53,254 nt of DNA from a virus (taxonomy: Duplodnaviria > Caudoviricetes): positions 1-53,254 of IMG/VR virus record IMGVR_UViG_3300010052_000163, one strand, 5' to 3'. The position numbers and the translations under genes are program-made. Numbering within the stretch: the first letter of the stretch is position 1; each line of letters opens with the position of its first letter. The notes under the pieces are model-generated. The model had not been told where the DNA came from and searched no databases. It saw only the letters and a list, made by a program, of their open reading frames with translations. Positions 1 through 7,977 of this stretch are shown here, one piece after another.

Positions 1-906
1 ATGCTGATGGGTTCGGACAGCTTCTACCCCGAGGAGTCGCCCAGGCGAAGGGTCCGGGTCGATCCCTTCCTCATTGACCCCGAGCCGGTGACCAACGCGC
101 AGTTTGCCCGGTTCGTAGCCGAAACGGGCCATGTGACTGGGGCCGAGGTCGCGCCCGATCCAAAGGATTATCCCGGGATGTCGCCCGAGATGGCGCGGCC
201 GGGATCCTTGGTCTTTCACAAGACCAGCGGACCGGTTCCGCTCGATGAAGTCTATCACTGGTGGCGCTTCGAATTCGGAGCCGACTGGCGCCATCCCTAT
301 GGCCCCGACACCAGCCTCGACGGCCTTGACGACCATCCGGTGGTCCATGTCACCTGGAGCGATGCGGCAGCCTATGCGCGATGGGCAGGAAAGGATTTGC
401 CGACCGAGGCAGAGTGGGAATTCGCGGCGCGAGGTGGCCTGGAGGACGCCGACTATGCGTGGGGAGACGAACTGGCGCCGGACGGCAGGATTCTCGCCAA
501 TTATTGGCAAGGTCTCTTTCCTTTTGCGAACCTATGCGTCGACGGATGGGAACGCACCTCCCCTATACGCTCGTTCCCGGCAAACGGATACGGTCTGTTC
601 GACATGATCGGCAATGTCTGGGAGTGGACTTCCGACTGGTACGCCGATCCCATCGTGGCAAAGAAGCGGAAGCGCGGAGCGTGCTGCACGATCGAAAATC
701 CACGAGGCGCCCAGAAAGTGCAAAGTTTCGACCCGTCGTATCCCGATATTCGGATAGGGCGAAAGGTGATCAAGGGCGGTTCGCATCTCTGCGCCGAAAA
801 TTATTGCCGGCGTTATCGCCCTGCGGCGCGACACCCGGAAATGGTCGATACGTCGACAAGCCACATCGGCTTTCGCTGCGTAGTGCGCTTGTCTGACAAT
901 CCATAG
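1..906 (+). CDS. Formylglycine-generating enzyme family (FGE-sulfatase/SUMF1) protein; 5' end may extend beyond the window
   Basis: Motifs VTNAQF, HPVVHV, LPTEAEWEFAARGG, NGYGLFDMIGNVWEW, KGGSHLCAENYCRRYRPAAR (two Cys), HIGFRCV. Confidence 0.92.
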   Translation: MLMGSDSFYPEESPRRRVRVDPFLIDPEPVTNAQFARFVAETGHVTGAEVAPDPKDYPGMSPEMARPGSLVFHKTSGPVPLDEVYHWWRFEFGADWRHPYGPDTSLDGLDDHPVVHVTWSDAAAYARWAGKDLPTEAEWEFAARGGLEDADYAWGDELAPDGRILANYWQGLFPFANLCVDGWERTSPIRSFPANGYGLFDMIGNVWEWTSDWYADPIVAKKRKRGACCTIENPRGAQKVQSFDPSYPDIRIGRKVIKGGSHLCAENYCRRYRPAARHPEMVDTSTSHIGFRCVVRLSDNP

Positions 907-1167
907 CGCTTTGCGGAACATGCTCTGTCAGTTTGCGGAAGCCCTCTATGTTCTTGCCGAGCTTGATCCGCACGTCAAATATCGTCGACTGAAAGACTTG
1001 CTAGCCTAAGCTTTCCGAACGACCGGTTCTTGGGCAACCCAAATTCCAGCTGAATGGCTAGGAGCGGGCGCGTTCGTGCCGGTAAGTTCTGAAGGACCCG
1101 AACGGCTGCTCTCGGGCATCGGTTTCGCGACCGGCTATGGCGAGGATGAGGCGCAAAGCTGCCGAAC

Positions 1168-1193
1168 AAAAAAGGCGGTCCAGTCGGGCCGCC
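1168..1193 (-). terminator. Intrinsic terminator
   Basis: Minus strand GGCGGCCC-GACT-GGACCGCC stem followed by TTTTTT. Confidence 0.65.
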
Positions 1194-1295
1194 AGAGTTG
1201 AATGGAGAAAGCTCTCCACTTGGGTCGCGGTGCGGCGAATACACCGGCTCTTGGCCGGCGCCATCAAAATCAGGCTGCCGTAACGGAATCATCTT

Positions 1296-1514
1296 TCAGT
1301 GATGCGATGATACAACAGTCCGTTGATTGATCAGTGACACAGCAGCCTCTGCCAACGCAGCGATGCGGGATGCAGCGTCGGCAACCTCCAGAATTACACG
1401 GTTTCGTTCGTCGGCTGTCATCACAGCACCGGTAATGGCGACCACGCTGGCGTCCTCGATCAAGATGCCGATCCTCGTGCAGAGCTGAGCGAGTAATTCG
1501 TCGGTATCATCCAT
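1296..1514 (-). CDS. Hypothetical helical protein (72 aa)
   Basis: ATG start, protein-like composition, terminator downstream. Confidence 0.55.
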   Translation of the reverse strand: MDDTDELLAQLCTRIGILIEDASVVAITGAVMTADERNRVILEVADAASRIAALAEAAVSLINQRTVVSSHH

Positions 1515-1711
1515 AACGCAACCACGCCCCGATGCGCCGCGGAAGTCCAGACGCAGCTTTGTCTGCCATTACGAACATTCCATTCGACTTCGCCCGCGCT
1601 GCAAGCATTGGTGTTGGTGCGCCGGAGCGATGGCGCAAGGCTCCGACCCGGCAGGGTCCGGAGCATGACGCAGTGGGACCGGCATCGGGTCGGGCCCTCT
1701 GGAGACCTCGC

Positions 1712-1945
1712 ATGACCGAAGACCTTTTACCCGCCGGCTCAGTCACCCGCCCGCAGACCAAAGCAGCAACGGTGCAAAAGCTGCTCGCACGTCCCAAGGG
1801 CGCGACGCTCGCCGAACTCACCGATGCAACCGCATGGCAGCCGCACAGCACTCGAGCCTTCCTGACCGGGTTACGTAAGAAGGGCACCAATCTCGTCCGC
1901 GAGTGCCGCACCAATGGCGACACATGCTGGCGCATCGAGCGCTAA
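1712..1945 (+). CDS. DUF3489-like small winged-helix protein
   Basis: TKAATVQKLLARPKGATLAELTDATAWQPHSTRAFLTGLRKKG; GGAG RBS before ATG 1712. Confidence 0.8.
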   Translation: MTEDLLPAGSVTRPQTKAATVQKLLARPKGATLAELTDATAWQPHSTRAFLTGLRKKGTNLVRECRTNGDTCWRIER

Positions 1946-1947
1946 TC

Positions 1948-2388
1948 ATGGCGCGCATCGAAGAACAAATGGCTGGCCTGGCGACTATGTCGCCGGCCCG
2001 GCTGCGTGCGGAATGGCGACGTTTGAACCGTGGACAGCCGCTGACCGAGGGCCTCACGTCGAGCCAGCTAGTCCGAAGCATCGCATGGCGCCTGCAAGAG
2101 AAGATGCAGGGAGGACTGCCGCCGACCCGAGTGCGGGAACTTGATCGCCTCGCTGGACAGCTCGAACGTGACGGTGATTTGGAAATGGCCGCGGACCGAT
2201 CCCTGAAGCCTGGTTCCCAGCTTGTCCGGCACTGGCACGGCAAGCCTTACACCGTGACGGTGCTCGATCAGGGGTTCGAGTTCGATGGACAGCTTCATTC
2301 GTCCCTAACCCAGATCGCTCGGCAGATCACCGGTGCTGCATGGTCGGGCCCTCGCTTCTTCGGGCTCACGCGGAAGGTCGCTGCATGA
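1948..2388 (+). CDS. DUF2924-like protein
   Basis: LRAEWRRL...IAWRLQE..GGL...PGSQLVRHWHG...SLTQIARQITGAAWSGPRFFGL. Confidence 0.85.
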   Translation: MARIEEQMAGLATMSPARLRAEWRRLNRGQPLTEGLTSSQLVRSIAWRLQEKMQGGLPPTRVRELDRLAGQLERDGDLEMAADRSLKPGSQLVRHWHGKPYTVTVLDQGFEFDGQLHSSLTQIARQITGAAWSGPRFFGLTRKVAA

Positions 2389-3926
2389 AACCGCAATCCT
2401 CACGCCGTCGCTGTGCCATCTACACCCGCAAATCTACGGACGAGGGTCTCGACCAGAACTTCAACAGCCTTGACGCGCAGCGTGAAGCCTGCGGCGCTTA
2501 TATTCTCAGCCAGACCCACGAAGGTTGGGAACCCACCGGTGAGCTTTACGACGATGGCGGATATTCGGGTGGGTCGATGGAACGCCCCGGTCTCCAACAA
2601 TTGCTGGAAGATGTAGAGGCCGGAAAGGTCGACATCATCGTCGTCTATAAGGTCGATCGGCTAACTCGCAGCCTCGCCGATTTTGCGCGCATCGTCGATG
2701 TGCTCGACAAGCATGGTGCATCATTCGTGAGTGTGACCCAAGCATTCAACACCACGAACAGTATGGGTCGCCTCACGCTCAATGTCCTGCTGTCCTTCGC
2801 CCAGTTTGAGCGCGAAGTGACGGGCGAGCGTATTCGAGACAAGATCGCTGCGTCGAAAGCCCGGGGCATGTGGATGGGCGGCACGGTACCGTTGGGTTAC
2901 GAGGTCAAGGACCGGAAACTCCTCGTCGTTCCTGCCGAAGCCGATAAGGTGCACCATATCTTCGAGCGCTACCTTGCTCTCGGGTCGGTCTACGACCTCC
3001 AAGCCGAGCTTGCCGCAGATGGAATATTGACCAAGTCGCGGGTGCTCAAGGATGGTCGCAATTACGGCGACAAAAATTTCAGCCGCGGCGCGCTCTATCA
3101 AATGTTGCGCAACCGGATCTATCGTGGCGAGATCACGCACCGCGGCAAATCCTATCCTGGCGAGCATGATGAGATTATCGACGCCGACACATTCGATCGG
3201 GTCGGCGAACGCCTAAGCGGCAATCAAGTCAAACAGAAGCATGCCGCCTATGCTGAAAATCCGAGCCTGTTCGCTGGGATCATATGGGATGGCGACGGGC
3301 GCCGCCTTACACCCAATCACGCAAACAAAAGCGGGGTTCGGTACCGCTATTATATCAGCCGGAAGGACAAAGAGCGGCTCGACCTGCCGATTGTGCGTGT
3401 CCCAGCCGGTGACATCGAAAACCTGCTCATCCACCAGCTCCAGCAGCATTCCGACGTAAGCTGGGACGGCCCGCGACCCGCCCGAGAGCTGATACTCGCG
3501 ACAATACGGAGAGTGACGATCCATCGCGACCGCGTGGACATCGAGTTCATCGAACGCGACGATCCGGTCTCCATCACGGCGACCCTGGTCCGTTGCAGCG
3601 GCGAGAAACGCGTTGCCGTGGCTCCGGAAAACTACCTCCATCCCCGGCCCGATGCGTCGCTCATCAAACTGATCGTTCGGGCCCACCAGGCCAGCAAGGC
3701 TCTAGCCGAACCGAAGAACACGACGATCGAAGCTGCCGCAAATTCCATGGCGGTATCGACGCCCTACTTCTGCTCGCTGCTGCGGCTAGCCCATCTCGCG
3801 CCCGATATCACGACCGCCATCCTTGACGGTCGACAGCCAGCGCACCTCAACCGGCAATTCCTCGCGCGCGTCAACAACCTGCCGATCGATTGGCACGGCC
3901 AGCGCGACATGCTGGGGTTCGTTTAG
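2385..3926 (+). CDS. Large serine recombinase
   Basis: CAIYTRKST catalytic Ser, YKVDRLTRS, SFAQFEREVTGERIRDKI, recombinase domain NRIYRGEI; ATGA overlap with upstream gene. Confidence 0.93.
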   Translation: MKPQSSRRRCAIYTRKSTDEGLDQNFNSLDAQREACGAYILSQTHEGWEPTGELYDDGGYSGGSMERPGLQQLLEDVEAGKVDIIVVYKVDRLTRSLADFARIVDVLDKHGASFVSVTQAFNTTNSMGRLTLNVLLSFAQFEREVTGERIRDKIAASKARGMWMGGTVPLGYEVKDRKLLVVPAEADKVHHIFERYLALGSVYDLQAELAADGILTKSRVLKDGRNYGDKNFSRGALYQMLRNRIYRGEITHRGKSYPGEHDEIIDADTFDRVGERLSGNQVKQKHAAYAENPSLFAGIIWDGDGRRLTPNHANKSGVRYRYYISRKDKERLDLPIVRVPAGDIENLLIHQLQQHSDVSWDGPRPARELILATIRRVTIHRDRVDIEFIERDDPVSITATLVRCSGEKRVAVAPENYLHPRPDASLIKLIVRAHQASKALAEPKNTTIEAAANSMAVSTPYFCSLLRLAHLAPDITTAILDGRQPAHLNRQFLARVNNLPIDWHGQRDMLGFV

Positions 3927-4171
3927 ATCCATCTCCACATCAGGACCGGATGAGATGCGCATCTGATGCGCATCTTTCGTGCAACGCATCCTCCGACCGC
4001 AAAATCCTCGAACAGAGAATCTGCGTCTGATGATGGCTGCCGGCGGCTGGCAAAAACGTCTCAACGTCGAAGGTCCACGCGCCGATCGTCGCGCTAAGCC
4101 TCTAACATTTAGCGATACTATTGAGGTTATGACTGCTCCGTCACGGAGATTGCAGTCAACTAGTGACTGGA

Positions 4172-4217
4172 TGGTGGGCGCTGACGGGCTCGAACCGCCG
4201 ACCCTCTCGGTGTAAAC
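4172..4217 (-). other. 3' half of tRNA-Val(TAC); prophage attachment junction
   Basis: Minus strand GTTTACAC CGAGAGGGTCGGCGGTTCGAGCCCGTCAGCGCCCACCA: anticodon loop, T-arm, acceptor 3' strand and CCA; no matching 5' half upstream. Confidence 0.88.
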
Positions 4218-4391
4218 GGCAGGCACCCGCGCCAATCCGTCACTATTCGCCCAATAATCAGCGCGATTTGGCCAACGAAGCCACGTATTACCTTGCTTGC
4301 GGTCGGGGATATGGTACACACGTACCATACGAAACGGGCCGCAACGATGGTGGAACATCGCGCGGCCCTACCAACGCGAAAGGTAGTTCGC

Positions 4392-4664
4392 ATGGCTGAT
4401 TCTGACTTACACCGCCCGCGCCCGTATTGCGACTGGCATGAAGACCGAGGCGACGTCCTCTGGTGGCTCATACCCGTCTCGCAAGCGCCTTGGGTCGGCA
4501 CGCCCCTCTGCCTCGGTCGCAAAGAGCAGCGCCACATCACCGAGGGGCTTTCGCTCGTCATTGACGGCGTGGGCGCATGGCCGTTCGATGATGATGATAT
4601 TTCCCGCCTCTGGTGGACGCCCCTGCCCGATGGTGCCAGCATTGAAGATCAGGTGCCGCTATGA
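4392..4664 (+). CDS. Hypothetical phage protein (Trp/Pro-rich)
   Basis: AGGTAG RBS before ATG 4392; ATGA coupling to next gene. Confidence 0.65.
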   Translation: MADSDLHRPRPYCDWHEDRGDVLWWLIPVSQAPWVGTPLCLGRKEQRHITEGLSLVIDGVGAWPFDDDDISRLWWTPLPDGASIEDQVPL

Positions 4665-5038
4665 CCGCCCGCGTCCTCGTCTGCGGCGGTCGCGACTTCA
4701 ACGATGCCGACACCGTGTTCGCCGCATTGGAGTCCCACGTTGACCGGATGCGGAGCACGGTAATTCAAGGCCACGCCCCCGGCGCTGACCGGCTGGCGCG
4801 GGACTGGTGCGCTCGCAACGGCGTCCACCTTGAAAGCTATCCCGCTGACTGGGCCTCGCATGGCAAGGCAGCTGGTCCGATCCGCAACCAGCGCATGATC
4901 GACGTTGCCAAGCCCACGAAGGTTCTCGCCTTCCCCGGCGGACGCGGAACGGCTGACATGGTCCGACGCGCTCGCGCTGCTGGCATTCCCGTCTTCGAAT
5001 TTTTGGCCAATCCAGAAAGCTATCTTCATCATGGGTAA
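4661..5038 (+). CDS. DUF2493/YspA-like SLOG protein
   Basis: RVLVCGGRDF, IQGHAPGADRLARDW, YPADW..HGKAAGPIRNQRM, AFPGGRGTADMVRRA. Confidence 0.88.
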   Translation: MTARVLVCGGRDFNDADTVFAALESHVDRMRSTVIQGHAPGADRLARDWCARNGVHLESYPADWASHGKAAGPIRNQRMIDVAKPTKVLAFPGGRGTADMVRRARAAGIPVFEFLANPESYLHHG

Positions 5039-5321
5039 TGATTCAAAACTGTACTGGGAGCCGATAGAGACGGCGCCGAGCGACGGGACCGAGATTCAGG
5101 CCCGCATCCCCGGCAACGGCGAGGACAACGTGATCGCGTGGGTCGGCGACTTGATAGACAGCAACGGCGAGTATTGCGGGGCATGGGCGTTCACGCGCGA
5201 ACAGGAGCCGCCTGACTGCTGGACCGATGGCTATTGCTGGGAGGTCAACGAGAATGGCGACCGTTCCGTCCAACCAACGCACTGGAAAGCCCTCCCCACC
5301 CGCAATGAAGAGGTAGAGTGA
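5031..5321 (+). CDS. DUF551-like phage protein
   Basis: WEPIETAPSDGT at N-terminus, PTHWKALP at C-terminus. Confidence 0.75.
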   Translation: MGNDSKLYWEPIETAPSDGTEIQARIPGNGEDNVIAWVGDLIDSNGEYCGAWAFTREQEPPDCWTDGYCWEVNENGDRSVQPTHWKALPTRNEEVE

Positions 5322-5668
5322 TGAGCGATGGAAGATTGCCCTGCGATGTGCTGGTTCAGCCGGCGACTCTGATCAAGCGTGGCTGCAAGATCGAAACCCT
5401 GCTTGAGTGCATCGAACTGCGGCGGGAGCGATCGGAGACTGGCCCGCCGTTCAACGACATATTGAGCAAGCGGCAAGCCGACGAACTCACCGCCCTCCGC
5501 AGCCAGGTATCGGAGCTAAGGGCTGACCTTGAGGTGGCGGTGAATCGCTCTTGGGAAATTCTGAAACAACGGTGTTGCGCCGATCCGAAAAAGGCGAAAC
5601 GATGCGTCATGGTCAGCAAAGACGATTTCCGCGCCGCCCTACTGAAAGACCCCGATGCAAAACCTTGA
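5318..5668 (+). CDS. Hypothetical phage protein with coiled coil
   Basis: Coupled overlap with upstream gene; GAGG RBS. Confidence 0.6.
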   Translation: MMSDGRLPCDVLVQPATLIKRGCKIETLLECIELRRERSETGPPFNDILSKRQADELTALRSQVSELRADLEVAVNRSWEILKQRCCADPKKAKRCVMVSKDDFRAALLKDPDAKP

Positions 5669-5744
5669 ACGCGCTGGCCGTCTGTTCGCCATCGGCGCGC
5701 TGATCGTGTTGGTGGTGGCGATCTTTCACGCTACCTTGAATTAG
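5655..5744 (+). CDS. Small single-TM peptide (29 aa)
   Basis: MQNLERAGRLFAIGALIVLVVAIFHATLN, overlapping upstream stop. Confidence 0.4.
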   Translation: MQNLERAGRLFAIGALIVLVVAIFHATLN

Positions 5745-5774
5745 GCGCGGAGTTTTCAAGGGATGAAGGGTTTG

Positions 5775-5882
5775 GTGGAATGGGGCGGCGAGCCGACCGG
5801 GAACTCCCTGTCCAAACTCGCCGCCGTGCGCGGGTCGAAAGTGATCAGCTTCCGGCTATGCCCATTCGCACCGCCGCGCCCA
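5775..5882 (-). ncRNA. Candidate structured small RNA
   Basis: Nested stems GTGCG/CGCAC, CGGAAG-CTGATCA-CTTTCG and GGCGGCGAG/CTCGCCGCC; upstream TTGCGA-N17-CAGGAA promoter-like site (5886-5914). Confidence 0.35.
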
Positions 5883-5962
5883 TCGTTCCTGCCACAAAAT
5901 AGCGGGAATCGCAAGGGGAGCGCAAAAAGCGCGCGCCCCGTCGCCCCCGCGATGTTCGACGT

Positions 5963-6202
5963 TCAGCCCAGCGAATCTTTCGTGCGCTCTGCATGGGCGT
6001 TGACCCGTTCAGCCAGCGCGTCCAGCCCGGCCTCGATCTCCGCAGCCTTCGCCGGGTCGAGCGCATCCTTGATCGTCGAATAGGCGCCCTTGGCCGAAGC
6101 GAGCAGAGCCTCGGCGGCCGCGACTTCATCCGACAGGCCAACGAGCGGTGCCGTCGCCTTCACGATGCCGAGCAGATCGTCGGCGAGTTTGTTCCAGTTC
6201 AT
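5963..6202 (-). CDS. Small amphipathic protein, last gene of lysis cassette
   Basis: RBS and coupling to upstream gene; Ala-rich helices. Confidence 0.7.
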   Translation of the reverse strand: MNWNKLADDLLGIVKATAPLVGLSDEVAAAEALLASAKGAYSTIKDALDPAKAAEIEAGLDALAERVNAHAERTKDSLG

Positions 6203-6203
6203 G

Positions 6204-6566
6204 TCAATTTCCCTTCAAGAGCGCGGTGATCTGGCGAAAAGCATCGGTGGCCTTTTCCAGAGCGAGCACCGGATTTTCTTGGCTCAGCCCCGCCCGCACG
6301 GCGCGCGCGGTATTGAGCCCGTCCTGCGCCGTCTGGATGAGCGCCTTGACCTTGAGCGCCTTCGGGGTGCCGGGTTGCAGCACGCCGGCGGTCACGAGCC
6401 CATCGACGGCCGTCAGCAGCACATCGAAGCTGGCATAGGCAGCGGTGAGCGCCTGTTCGTCAATATGGGTCTGCGCGAGCGGCGCGGTGGGATGGTCGGC
6501 GAGCGTCGCGCATCCGGGCAGGGATAGCGCGAGGGCGGCGGCGAGGATGAAATTACGCATGGTCAT
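6204..6566 (-). CDS. Lipoprotein in lysis cassette (possible spanin function)
   Basis: Signal peptide with lipobox LPGC; downstream of endolysin. Confidence 0.7.
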   Translation of the reverse strand: MTMRNFILAAALALSLPGCATLADHPTAPLAQTHIDEQALTAAYASFDVLLTAVDGLVTAGVLQPGTPKALKVKALIQTAQDGLNTARAVRAGLSQENPVLALEKATDAFRQITALLKGN

Positions 6567-6919
6567 TCTCCTTTGATCTTGTCGGCTTCGGTCTGCGCGG
6601 CGTCGGCCACCTGATCGGCGGCGTTCCCGGCTTCGTTCGTCGCTGGCGTTGAAGCGGCCGCCGCAGCGATGGCTTCAAAAGCCTTGCCGGTATTCTCGGT
6701 CGCGGCCTGATCGGTGCGGTTGGTGCGGAAGATCATGGCGGCGATCGTCCCCAGCACACCGACCAGCCCGGTCACCGTCTTATCCGAGACGGCGATCAGG
6801 CTATCTGGCAGCGTCTTGCCCATGATGCCGGCGGTCACGACCGGCGCGAGGCCGAGCATGAGGATGGCGACAATCAGCGCGATGAAGGCGACGAGCTGCT
6901 CGCGGTTGGAAAGGCTCAC
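6563..6919 (-). CDS. Two-TM membrane protein (holin-like)
   Basis: Two hydrophobic segments; adjacent to endolysin. Confidence 0.6.
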   Translation of the reverse strand: MSLSNREQLVAFIALIVAILMLGLAPVVTAGIMGKTLPDSLIAVSDKTVTGLVGVLGTIAAMIFRTNRTDQAATENTGKAFEAIAAAAASTPATNEAGNAADQVADAAQTEADKIKGE

Positions 6920-7497
6920 AGCAACAGCCCCTTCGCCTTGGCCAATTGCGCCTTGCGGTCATCCAGCCCGTTCGTCCCGCCGTTTATAGCCTTCGTGATG
7001 GCGAGTAGGTTGTCGGCGTCGGCAAAGGTGTTGAGCCCGTTCACCTTCCAATATTCGAGCGCGAGATGCAGGCCGATTGACGGGACAGCGGCAATCTCGG
7101 GATGGCTTTCGATGTCGATACCGATCCGCTGCCCATAGCGGCGATAGTTGGCGCGGCCCGTGACCTGGATAGGCCCTCGTCCCTTGAACCGCTTGCCGTC
7201 GCCTGGCTGCAGATTGCCAAGGTCGCGGCGGCCCTCATAAGCCTGCCCCGATGCGATCTCTTCCATATATCGGAAGCCGCCGCTTTCATGGACGAGTTGC
7301 CCCATGAAGTGAGCGAGGCGCAGCGGGCTGTCCATGATGCCATAGGCGGGGAAGTGGACGTTGGCCGACAAGGCAAGTTCCGCGGCGCGCTCGGGCCCGG
7401 CGCCGAAACACGCAAAGAGCGCCGCATAGGTCCCGCGCCCGATGATGCCGTCGTCCGCAACGCCGAGCGCGCGCTGTAATTTCTTGGCGTCGATCAT
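6916..7497 (-). CDS. Endolysin, GH19 family with short N-terminal PG-binding segment
   Basis: LQRALGVADDGIIGRGT; AHFMGQLVHESGG, DGKRFKGRGPIQVTGRANY, INGGTNGLDDR. Confidence 0.92.
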   Translation of the reverse strand: MIDAKKLQRALGVADDGIIGRGTYAALFACFGAGPERAAELALSANVHFPAYGIMDSPLRLAHFMGQLVHESGGFRYMEEIASGQAYEGRRDLGNLQPGDGKRFKGRGPIQVTGRANYRRYGQRIGIDIESHPEIAAVPSIGLHLALEYWKVNGLNTFADADNLLAITKAINGGTNGLDDRKAQLAKAKGLLL

Positions 7498-7691
7498 TTC
7501 TTCCGCTCCTCGCGTGACATGGCCCTGATCTGCCGTTTCATGGATCTCGGTATCGCTTCACCAAGCACCGACGATTCCGCCATGCCGAGTGCGATATCGA
7601 CCGGGCCGACGACCTCAGCACACGCAAGGGTCAGTTTCATCGCCGCCGCTTGCACCGCGCGAATGGCGGCGATCTGGCCGGCGCCGTTCAT
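7494..7691 (-). CDS. Hypothetical protein
   Basis: ATGA-coupled on both sides. Confidence 0.55.
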   Translation of the reverse strand: MNGAGQIAAIRAVQAAAMKLTLACAEVVGPVDIALGMAESSVLGEAIPRSMKRQIRAMSREERKK

Positions 7692-7888
7692 TTCATCCTC
7701 TGGTCGAGATGCTGGATCGTCACGGTGAGCGCGGACAATGCCTTCGCAAGTTCGATGTCCGAAGCCGCGCGCGCCTTCTCGATCTCGCCGCGCTTCTCCG
7801 CGCCGGTCTTTTCGCGCCATACGAGATAACCGATCATCAGACCGAGCGGACCAAACTGGCCGAACGCCGTGATAAGCTCTGGCGTCAT
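7688..7888 (-). CDS. Single-TM holin-like protein
   Basis: MTPELITAFGQFGPLGLMIGYLVWRE plus coiled tail; upstream of endolysin. Confidence 0.65.
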   Translation of the reverse strand: MTPELITAFGQFGPLGLMIGYLVWREKTGAEKRGEIEKARAASDIELAKALSALTVTIQHLDQRMK

Positions 7889-7977
7889 TTGACCCTCCGC
7901 CAAACGAGCGCGCCCATCATCACGACGATGACCGGCGCCGCGATCAGGAACAGGGTGTCGGCGGTGGCGGGGGTCAT
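7885..7977 (-). CDS. Small TM peptide (30 aa)
   Basis: MTPATADTLFLIAAPVIVVMMGALVWRRVK; coupled overlaps at both ends. Confidence 0.5.
   Translation of the reverse strand: MTPATADTLFLIAAPVIVVMMGALVWRRVK

Noticed and set aside
4172-4250. Intact tRNA-Val gene
   Set aside because: No D-arm or 5' acceptor strand; the anticodon stem cannot form fully. It is an att remnant.
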